This document shows, in pieces, positions 52,618-64,000 of a stretch of 64,000 bases of DNA; the first letter of the stretch is position 1, and every line of letters begins with the position of its first letter. The notes beneath the pieces are model-generated. The model did not search any database, was not told the DNA's origin, and worked only from the letters and a program-made list of their open reading frames with translations. The DNA is from Octopus vulgaris (Eukaryota): NCBI GenBank assembly GCA_951406725.2, contig OX597814.1, forward strand, positions 14,508,001 to 14,572,000, read 5' to 3'. The position numbers and the translations under genes were made by a program.

Positions 52618-53193
52618 GGGGGCACTCTGTCAATTCTTACCCTAGCGACGCGTTTGCCATAGTACGTCGGCAGAAGTACTCATTCCGGTGTTCTTATCGG
52701 CAGTGGAGTGGCTTATAGCGTCTTCTTCGTTGCCAAACCTTACCTCGACTGTACCGTACTCCCTTCCACCTGTATAAAAAGTGGTCAGCCTCTTTAGGTT
52801 TTCGAGGCACTCTTCTATTGCCTCTATTGGTGCAACCTCTATCTTCTTAGAGGACGTGGACAACGTTCTGTACACCGCCGTCCTCTTTGCCACATTGCTT
52901 ATCAATTCTTCTGGAGGAGTCAGCCTTAAACGGATCCTTTCCTTTTCTAACAATTTGGTTCCTTACTTCCATTTCTTTGGCTCTATCTTTATCTCGTGTA
53001 CTCCAAGGGTGTTGGTATTTATACCTTGTGTTGTTGCGGATGCATAAATTTCGGCAAGCTCCATTTCACCTCTCTTCTCCACTTCTCCCATAAATGGGGA
53101 AGAAACAATTTTATAAAAACAGGCAAAAACGGCGACGAAAATTCAACAATTTAACAATTTAAGAAATCGTGGTTCACCTACACGGGAAGACAT
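52618..53193 (-). pseudogene. Putative 5' UTR and N-terminal ORF1 fragment of an L1/Tx1-like LINE
   Basis: ORF ..KRTAVYRTLS..GREYGTVEVRFGNEEDA.. continues after a frameshift as LLPTYYGKRVARVRIDRVPPE, an RRM-like ORF1 pattern. Truncated at (TA)n. Confidence 0.55.
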
Positions 53194-53196
53194 ATA

Positions 53197-53421
53197 GCTG
53201 CGTTCGCATTGTTTTAGCCTTCGAATGACGCCACCCCGCTGGCTAAGCGAGCAGGCTAACTGAAGAAAGACTGAGAGAAAGAGTGGTGAAGGAGTACAGC
53301 AGGGATCACCACCCCCTGCCGGAGCCTCGTGGAGCTTTTAGGTGTTTTCGCTCAATAAACACACACAACGCGATCCTACGACCGCAAGTCCGCTGCCCTA
53401 ACCACTAGGCCATTGCGCCTC

Positions 53422-53422
<1 letters not shown>
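53197..53422 (-). mobile_element. SINE family D, tail type 2, 3'-truncated
   Basis: Reverse complement of the 48123 copy as far as aaaacaatgcgaacgc. Confidence 0.85.
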
Positions 53423-53488
<66 letters not shown>

Positions 53489-53940
53489 ACACACACACAC
53501 ATACATATATCTATATATATATATATATACATAAACATACGCACACACACATACATATATCTATATATATATATATATCATCTTCTGCGTGCCCTATTAA
53601 AGTAAGAACCACTAATATTTTCTTGACGTTGAGACACGTGGTTAATTAGATGCTTATAATGCGACTTGTGTCTCCCAGCACGTATTCCCAGCATATAATC
53701 TCTGGGTATATAGTTGGTTGTATTCAAAATTCAGCATGCTGGATAAGCCACGTTATAAAAGTCAGGCCAACAACGTGTAACAATAGCAAGATACTATCAG
53801 CCGTTTTTCTAAGACAGCCTACATTAGATGCTGTTTATCTCTCACTGAGTAGCGTACGTCTCAACAGAACAGTTAACTATATATGTATGTGTGTGTGTAT
53901 GTATGTATGTTTGTATGTATGTGTGTAGTATGTATGTATA

Positions 53941-53972
<32 letters not shown>

Positions 53973-56112
53973 AATATATATATATAATATATGTGGTATG
54001 TATTATGTATGTATGTGTATGTGTGTGCGTGCCGCGTTTACATAGACATAAAGTCTAGCGTGATTTAAATTATATATATTGTATGTAAGCTTCCGTTGAC
54101 GTAGATGAGATATTATGTCACAGAATACAACAACTATTATATACTTGAATGTTTCACTGGTTTTTCCGAAACAAAAACCAAAATAGCATATCAACAAAGT
54201 TATTGATCGCAATTTTTGAAGTAACATGTGAATCAATTTATATAATTTTCAAGAGCTAATTTGTTTGCCTATTTCTTTCTTTATGCCATGAAAATAGTGT
54301 TTGATATCAGATTCAAAAATATGGACAAAATGGATCTCTTTATGCCATATTTTCCATAGAGTTTACTAATTATTTTTAAATAACTACATGGTTTTGAAAT
54401 AAACAAATGATGTATCTCGCAAGGAATCAAAAAAAAAGTTATATTGCATGCATTTTTTTATTTGTACATTTGGTTAAATTATAAGTTTTGAACTTGTTTT
54501 GAAAATTCTCTTACTGTTTTTGAACGATTTCGTTTGTTACTATTACCAATGATTATGCTAAGTTTCTTAGAATTAGTAAGACGTTGAGATGTCTTGTATG
54601 TTGACTGTGTTAAAGTTGATTCTCAACTTGTTACGAGTGAATATATTCAGGAACCTGTTGCTTAATGGATGTTTTATGTGAACTCGAGGTAAAATCGTTG
54701 CATTGCTTTTAAAATGTACATGTAAAAAGGATTTAAATTCTAGATTGAATACACAGTTATATTTACATGTACTATTTATTACATTTTAAGTTGAGAATTC
54801 TACATAGTTTCATTCTTTCGTAAAGTAAGATGTCTGTGTTATATGAAGGATGTTATCATGGTGGTTATTATAAATTTCCGATCAGTAAAATAAGTGAAGC
54901 AGCGTGCTCGTAGACTTCTTTACACATTGAACAAAATACTTAGCGGCATTTCTTCCGCCTCTTTATGATCGAGATTCAAATTTTGCCGAGGTCGGCTTTC
55001 ATTTCAACATTTTGAGGTCGACTAAATAGGTACTGGCTGAGAACGATGTGATCGACTTACACCATTTCTTACAACTAGTGGTTTTGTGCCAAGTCTTGAA
55101 ACTATTATTACGACAAAAAGCGAAAAGCAGTGATGTTGCAGAGGCATTAAATCCTCCGAATAAATACCTTGTGATATTTTGTTTGGCTCTTAACATTCTG
55201 ATTGAGTTCAAATCCTGCCGATATCAACCCGACATGTTACTTTCCCGGCTTTGATAAAACAATTACTGACGCCATTTTAAGCCGCTGGTTTGTACCTAAA
55301 TCAGAAACAGTTATCATAGCAACAATTCTTTTCCAGACTTATTGCAGGTCACAGTAAATGATTTTTGCTTAGTTTAATTCTTTGATAATTAACTTTAGAA
55401 AATTACCATTTCGAATATTATTTACCACCTGATTGTTTTTCAGTCGCTAACAACATTGTTATTATTAGCAAAGAAGACAACACAGTTTATCCTATTCATT
55501 TATTGGTCGGACTAAACATTTTGCTAATCAAAATAACAATTAAACATTGTCGCATTTAAAAAGTTTTTTAAAGCACACTAATTCTTCAGGCACATCCTAC
55601 ATTTCTTCCAAAACTAACCGACTTAACAAATTCTGCAGACAAGAAAATCAGGCTAGATATTGTATAATCATTGATTTATTTAAACGGTGTTACAGTATAT
55701 CCACACATCCTACACAATAACCTTAAAAGCTAAAATTTTCATTTTTGTCCGTATTACTACGCAAAAATAATGCTCTTTCACTTTCAGGGTGAATCTCTAC
55801 AAACTTTCGCCTTCAATATTAATCAAATTACTAGATAGATAGATAGATTGATAGATAGATACATACATACATATATACATATATAGACGGACAAACAGAC
55901 AGACTCATATATGCATATATATACATAGATACGTACATAGAAACACACACTCATATAGGTAAATATATATATATATATATATACATAAATATATACATAC
56001 ATATATATGTACATACATACATATATGCATACATACATACATACAAATACACGTGTATCACATATACTACATATTTATCTACATTTGTATATATGCGTGT
56101 GCGTATGCGTGT

Positions 56113-56153
<41 letters not shown>

Positions 56154-56231
56154 TGTGTGTTGTGTACATACGTATATTTGTATACTGAACAGAATATGGC
56201 GAGTTGTCCACGGGCTGATTTTTTTTTTATT

Positions 56232-56384
56232 TGAGAGATGAGGAATTATGTGCATTTACATTTGACGGATATTTGACCGCGCTCTTAGCCACTAACAACA
56301 ACGCTTCGGCTGAACAATCAGGCCTCCTGGGGAATTCGAACCTGGGTTCTCATTCCTAGGTATTTCTGATGTTGTTGTTATTAC

Positions 56385-56456
<72 letters not shown>

Positions 56457-56722
56457 AGTCACTGCCTGGAATCGAACTCGGAATCTTGGGGCTAGTAGCC
56501 CGCGCTCTTAACCACTACCAATAATAATAATAATAATAATAGTAATAATAATAATAATATTAATAATAATAATAATAATAATAATGATAATAATAATCAG
56601 GTTCGTAAATTTCACTAGGACACCTGATGAGGGATGGAGAGTACATCAGGCGAAACGTTTTGTTATCAACAAAGAAGATGAGGACAAATATCCGTCAAAT
56701 GTATATAACCTAAATAATGCAA
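56232..56722. mobile_element. HHR-SINE: minus copy (head 56520-56455, (AAT)n, body) plus divergent + body copy
   Basis: Head B box gagttcgattcc. Plus HHR 56619-56664: gacac-CTGATGA-g-ggatg..caggc-GAAA-cg-TT-ttgtt. Confidence 0.75.
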
Positions 56723-57579
56723 CAAATCTTCTGCTACTAATTCTTGCGTCCCTACTTCCTTTCTATCTTTTCTAAAATAACATTAACCACTATATTTAGG
56801 TTACATATGTGCTCAGGTATCTCATTTAACTCTATTTTATAAAACACATTTGATTAAAAGTTTGCCTGAAGTGCGAGGCATGCTGACTCAGTAGAGGCTA
56901 ACTATTTAGGTGTTCAGGTGGTACGTGGGATTAAACGTCTGATGATTAAATGATGCTATGCCGTTCGTTTACAATTAGATCGACTCTAATTTTCGTTTTC
57001 ACGTTTTACGTACGATATTGATATTGGACGTTTTAGCTTTTAGCTATTTTAATATAATCGTGTATCATTTATGTTTTTCGATAAAATATCCATTTAAATT
57101 CATTTTCTACGATTTAGATTTATAATTAATTGATACTGATCTTAGCTGGTTTATTCTCACGTCGCTCAATATTAGGACGATTCCAGATTGATAGTTAAAG
57201 CAATATATGGGTTCCGCCACTTCATGTTCTGTTCGTTTTAATTATGATTTCATTTTGTAAATATATGATATAGATTTTGATGTAGCAATGATTATTTTCT
57301 TGCATTACTTAATTAATCTATATGTTTGTAGTTTTATTCTGGTTATTTCATAAGTTATTATTATTATTGTCTTCTGTGTTATGTAGAGGGAAAAAGTGTT
57401 CAACTACTTTTCAGTAAATAATGCGCTCAGTTCACTTGTGCGATATAATACTGTAATTTTTAATGTCGCAATAACTTTTTTCCAGATATTTCTGTCTTAT
57501 ATGTAGTATTTTGGAAATCCTAAGCTTTGTAGTTATAAGTATAGAACTATTTATGATGGAGATATAATGCTTGTAGTTT

Positions 57580-57785
57580 GAAATAAGGCTAGTAATTTCG
57601 GTTGGGGAGAAGGAAGTAACTCGATTGCATCGACATCAAGATTCAGTTGGTACTTGTTTTATCGACTCCTGGAGGGTGAAGGATATAATCGACCTCAGCG
57701 AAATTTGAACTCAGAGCATAAAGACGGACGAAGTACCGCTCATCGTTCTGCCCGGCATGATGATTATTCTACCAGCTTGCTGCCT
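57580..57785 (-). mobile_element. SINE family B, degenerate
   Basis: tcgacctcagcgaaatttgaactcagagc..agacggacgaagtaccgct. Confidence 0.7.
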
Positions 57786-58222
57786 GGCTGTATTTGTAAT
57801 ATTAAGTAGGTATACACGTAATGGACATATTACGCTGTTTCTCTGTTGTATGTTATTTGTATATTGATGTTTTAACGCTGCTTAAACAGACAAATCGAAT
57901 GGCATTGCTCGGGTGTCAAACTAAAGAATAATATCCAATGTTAATAAGGGCTGGTGATGACAGAGTGTGTTTGATATGCTTAATGTCTATCAATCTTTTA
58001 TATCTTGTGATGTCGTTGTTCTAAGTTATCTTGCCAATCGTAAGGATTAACCTGTTAAGCGTTTCTTTAAACGGATCATGATGTGTTTTGCTATTTTTAT
58101 ATATCATACATTGATATTGTATGATTGATCTTTGTGATTTAATTATGGCTACAATAATACATATGCAAAGGTTTCTAGTTAAGAGAGATTTTTTGGCATA
58201 TATGTATGCATACATCCATATG

Positions 58223-58255
<33 letters not shown>

Positions 58256-60811
58256 TGGTGCACTCGCACACACATAAATATGTACATATCTTTTTGTAGT
58301 TTATGTATGTGAACATTTGAAGTGAAATGAGTTAAGAGAAATAGATGAAAGTTGTCGGTATCATATATTTGATTAACAACTATAAACAGGTTGTTCGACA
58401 TTACTTTTCGAACATTTCTCCATTGTTTACAACATGGACATAATTTCTGATTATGGATCAATCTCTTGTTTTTGTGTTTTTAACATGATATTATGTTAGT
58501 TGTTTTCTTTTGGAAAACGCATATATTTTATCATATCTGTTTAGAACTGGAGCATTCGCCTGAAAGTACACCATTTCCCGGATGTAAATTTCAAAATTTA
58601 CAAACAAGATTTTGCTAGGAATCTAGTTTGCAATACGCCATTATGATTGTCGTTGTATTTTTGTATTTTCTTTTGCACTTATCATATGAGAGAGATTGTT
58701 GATTGATGATTTATTGCAATTATTTCTGTTTGCAGGTATGTTTGAACAATAGCTTTGACATAACTGGTACCAACTTCAAATGAGTGCTAGATAATCTCAA
58801 GACTGAAGAGTTTCCAGAACGGACATGCCAATAAGGAAAATGAAAGTCTGATTGTCTGGAGACAAGAGGATAGCTGAGAGTAAGTTATTCTGCATCAATA
58901 GGCGTCATCAGCTCAATTACCCTTATCTTATTTTCAGAAGAATGGGCACTTAGAAATGTGTAGAAATAATAGAACTCATTCATGGATTGGACAATAACCA
59001 TAAATAAAAAGAACATTAGCTAACAGAAATAACTAAGCGCGGGCAGTTGCATACATCCGTACAGTACGGACGATAAAGGGATCTACTCCTGTTATCTTGT
59101 AGCGCAGAAGACAGAATCTAATGTATTGAAATTTCTTAACTTCAAGGAATAGTAAAAAAAAATGGCTCATTAACAAACATGACCTAACTTCAAATAAGAA
59201 GGATTGATAAACTCAAGAATCAAGAATTATTTTAAATTGGTACTTCATTATGAAAAACCAAAAAACAATTCAATTGTCTGGGGACAAGAGAATAGCTATG
59301 GACACATATTATTGTATCAATACGCGTCAATATAGAGGGATTTCAGAGATCACATATACATTTGTGTGCGTGCGTATGTTTGAGTGTGTGTGTATGTGTA
59401 AGTATGTATGTATGTATGTGTGGAAGAATTATGTATTACATTAAAATTTACAGCCAGTAGGAGTGTTCTTGTGCTAAGTTGTAAATAACATACTTTTATA
59501 TCGAATGTTGCATAATGAAGGTGGGGAAGTGAACATACAGAAAATAAAACATCCTTAAAAATATCCAATAAAGTGTATAGAAATTTACAGTAATAATCCA
59601 TTTTCTCATTTACTCTAGTAGCTTTCATTATATATTATTGTATTTTAAATTTTGCTTTACTTAATTTACTGCGTATAATGTTTTCAAGAAGATAAATTTA
59701 TTCTATCAAATTTCTATATATTAAATGCTTTAAATTGTTTATATTTTTATCCTTTTAAAATATTTTAAGTGCGTTTAATTCATTTTAACATTTTATTGAT
59801 TATGCTCTAATATATTTTTTTAATTATCTGTTATTCTTTCAATTTAATTTAGTACAAAAGTATTTCAAAGAAATACTTTCTCCTTAATGCTTTGGTATCT
59901 CACGCATCGTGTTGTTTATTTTCCCTTGAATTTCCTGACGACATATTTGTAGCATACGAAATTAATACCAATTCAATAAAATACTGTTACATTGCAAACA
60001 ACACGTTTGGTGGCCAAGATAGCAGCCTCAACATACCAATCGACTCAGACAGGTTCCAATATTTTTTTCTGTCTAGGTAAACTTTGCAATCGCATGATAA
60101 GTGCAAAAGAAAATACAAAGCCAATCATAATCTTACTTTTAAATTTTGCAATTTACATACAAGAAGAGGCGTACTTTCATACGAATGCCTCTGTTCTAAA
60201 CAGATAAGACTAAATATGTGCGTTTTTCAAAAAAAAATCAACTAACAAATCATCATGTTAAAAGCCCAAAAACAAGTGACTGACCCATAATCAGAAATTA
60301 TGCCATGTTGTAAACAATGGGGAAATGTTCGAAAACAAGTGTTGAACAACCTAAACAATATTTTGGATGCCGAATATCAAAACGGTCGTTAAAATACAAA
60401 AGAGTAAATATTGCAGGCTGAAAAAAAAAATTGTTGAGAGACTGAATTCATAAAAGAATAATAGTCAAATTTTTTAAAGCCAGTTCGTGAAACAAACGGA
60501 AAGAAAGCAAAAACATAGTAAATGCATACAAATGTGATAGATATAATTCAATATTGGAAAAAGTATTTCAAGCAACCTCTAACGGATCTCGGATAAAAAT
60601 ATTAGAAATTTCTTGCAGACATATGTAAGTGCGTGCATGTATACGTGTGCGCTTGTATATGTGTCTTTGTATGTAAGCATATGTGCATAGAAATTCTTAC
60701 ATATACATACAAAAATAAGTACATAAAAACATACCTACCTACATACATACAGACATACATAAATACATATATATATACGCACATATATATATAGATACAT
60801 ATATGTATACA

Positions 60812-60912
<101 letters not shown>

Positions 60913-60934
60913 GTCATATACGTATATTTATATA

Positions 60935-62212
60935 TTGGGTGTCATATAAGTTCGTTCGTTTCTTTCCAATGTTATTTGAAATAACAAAAAAAATTTCATT
61001 GTAGTGTTTTATTTTTTTATGTTTTGCTACTTTACTTATTTTCCTTCATTTTTGTAGCTATATTCTTCCTCTAAAAATCTTGTTTATCGTTTTAGTTTTT
61101 CAAATTTGATTAAATTTTTCCTCTTTTCAGACATGCGAGGATAGACTGCCAAGTAAAAATAATAGCGTTTTCGACCTACTTGAATCGACGTTTCAAAAGC
61201 TGACAAAGTTGCTTGAGATATTTTTGTTGTGTGCGGAGAAGCACTATCAATGAAAGAACAGTGCAGAAATGGTTTTCTGCTAAAAGGAAAGGAAATTCAA
61301 CGTCACACATTTTCTGCGTTCCATCCTTCAATGAGGACCGACTGTGCAGCTCATTCACGAGGATGCGCCAATTCACTAGGGACTTGGCCTAACAGATGTG
61401 ACACTCTCATGATACCGTCATCCCTTACCGTCACTCAATGGGTAAGCTCGAAAAACTCGATGCACAGGTGTCACATGCTCTGAATGAAAGAGACGAACTC
61501 CATCGCTCATGTATCATCGGTACTTTTCTCACTCTACATCGGTAGTTTTTCTCCCATCAGGCTACCCGTGACACACCGATTTCTTTACTGCATAGTCACC
61601 GGCTAGGAAGTATGCTGTTTTTACGTCAATATGAAACGGAAGAATGTATTAACTGTGTCCTGACAAGTAAGCAACTGATCGGGAAAAGCCAGAGTTACCT
61701 ACGCGAGAAAATGTTTTACGATTGGCGGGATTCGGAAGGGCTCATCTTGTACGAAATGATTGAAAACAACCATTCAGTCAGTACGAAGCGTTAAGCTCTG
61801 TAAATGCACTGGCTCAACAAGGCAATGCTGTTGAAATGACCTACCGGTGACACGCCTTGCTTCTTCAATGCGAAAACACTCGCCAGGATGTCATTATTTA
61901 AGACCGACCGTAGCCACCGTATTCCACTCATATAATGCCTTCGTATTGAAGCACTTTTCTGTCCTGCACCAAGATTCTGCAGTGTTTCGTGCAGCAGAGC
62001 AAATGAAGCATAAGTCATACTTCAACGTATTATTTGAATTAAGACCCGATGATTCCTGCAACTAAATCAAGAATAACTAACGGAACATTGGCAGGGTGTT
62101 GTTAACAGCGAAGATAAATATAAAATTGTCTGACTTGCTAATGTTGTTGATGGAACGTAACAATAATTTTTTTAAACTGGAAAAAAGCGAACGAATTCAT
62201 TTGACAACCCAA
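60935..62212 (+). mobile_element. Full-length but decayed mariner transposon (~1.28 kb)
   Basis: TA-flanked TIRs ttgggtgtcatataagttcgttcgttt / aagcgaacgaattcatttgacaacccaa. Fragments VCGEALS, KLDAQVSHALNE (WVPHEL), IVTG*E and WRDSEGLILYEMI. Confidence 0.85.
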
Positions 62213-62570
62213 TATATATATAGAGAGAGATACCTCTATGAATATGTATATATTTGTGGGTATGCGTGCCAGTGTGTGTGATTGGTCGTGTATGTGTGTG
62301 CATGTGTGTTTATATTCGTATGTACGAGCACAAACATTTGCGTGAATATTCATATATATAACTTTGATAACTTTGATAGGTTTCCGTCAGAATAGGCCCA
62401 GGGCATGCCTAACTTAATAGCACCGCCTGGTGAAGTATTTTAATCATATATGGGGCAACAAGGCCCATTCTAGCAAAGTTATTATTGTTGAAGACATATG
62501 CGGGTGAAGGCGGTTGGTCCGGTATTTTTTGAAGAAATTTGTAATGAGCAAAATATATATATGTATATGA

Positions 62571-62601
<31 letters not shown>

Positions 62602-62615
62602 TATATATATATATG

Positions 62616-62679
<64 letters not shown>

Positions 62680-62729
62680 AGAATATATATATATATATGA
62701 AAAAATATTTTTTCATATAAATTAGACAT

Positions 62730-62766
62730 TGTATCATGAATAGCGATTGAGAAACCGGTCGATACA
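62730..62766 (+). ncRNA. Variant minimal hammerhead (A3-U8 core)
   Basis: tgtatc-ATGAATA-gcgattga-GAAA-ccgg-TC-gataca. Perfect 6-bp stem I, palindromic stem III, GUC site, weak stem II. The host segment is bounded by (TA)n. Confidence 0.55.
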
Positions 62767-63169
62767 TTAAAAATTATACTATAACCATGTAAGTGTGCGT
62801 ATTTTCCGTTTTTATTTTTCTTATATACATTACAATCCACCACGTGGGGACAACCGAAATTCCTCTTTTCTGTTACTACTACTATATATATATATATATA
62901 TATGTTTATATAGATTTATAGGCGTGTAAGTGAATGTGTGTGTGCGTGTATAAATATATGTATATGTACATCTATATATTTATATATACAGGTATGGGGA
63001 TGAAACAGAAATATAAAATACAAAATGAGAATCTGTATATTCTTATTAATATTTAGCAGAAGTAACAGAGTAACTAGTTTGACAAGTGCCAACACGCAAG
63101 AAACTGTCGGACCTTGAGTTACTCTGTTATTTCTGTTATTTATATATTCTTTTTATTTATATATGTTCG

Positions 63170-63740
<571 letters not shown>

Positions 63741-63868
63741 GATCTCCGTGGAAACAGAACACGGTTAACTAAATTGCCCAGATATAGTACAGCAATCTGC
63801 ATATGTTGTTATTTTACTTTTCTTTGGTGACATGTATAATTTGTAGGTCCTAGATGGAACGCCAGTAT

Positions 63869-64000
63869 ACAGGGTGCCTCGAAATTAAGGCAACCGAAGT
63901 TTCGGGGTTTAATAACTATCAATAAATGTGATAAGATATGAAATTTATATATCATAAAAGCTTAGTAAGCCTCCTTTTTGTTTCAGACTAAATGAATTCA
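63869..64000 (+). mobile_element. Possible left end of a Tc1/mariner-type element
   Basis: TA-CAGGGTG start is typical of Tc1-mariner TIRs. The partner TIR is not in the window. Confidence 0.3.

Noticed and set aside
58874-58918. Minus-strand ttgag-CTGATGA..GAAT..ctcag hammerhead-like match
   Set aside because: GAAA and the NUH junction are non-canonical with wrong spacing; likely chance.

Overview
AT-rich, microsatellite-dense animal genomic DNA. The SINE repertoire looks like that of octopus/coleoid cephalopods; this is an inference from pattern recognition, not a database search. I see no intact host protein-coding gene, and most ORFs in the track are microsatellite translations. The window is a mosaic of tRNA-derived SINEs (at least 4 families), a ~555-bp (AAT)n-associated repeat, and decayed non-LTR elements: a Penelope-like RT/GIY-YIG element, R4/Dong-like RT and RLE fragments, a CR1-like 3' end, and L1/Tx1-like ORF1 and APE fragments. 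It also holds three mariner remnants, two non-autonomous Helitrons and a TIR element carrying (CCCTAA)n. The most striking signal is a set of about a dozen type I hammerhead ribozyme (HHR) motifs from many unrelated sequence families. Most lie in asymmetric head-to-head fold-back elements bounded by (TA)n, with arms up to 245 bp. Their cores show apparent natural covariation of the 3-8 pair (C3-G8, G3-C8, A3-U8). One family links a tRNA-like Pol III head, a microsatellite and an HHR-bearing tail. All folds were derived by eye; none is tested for activity.
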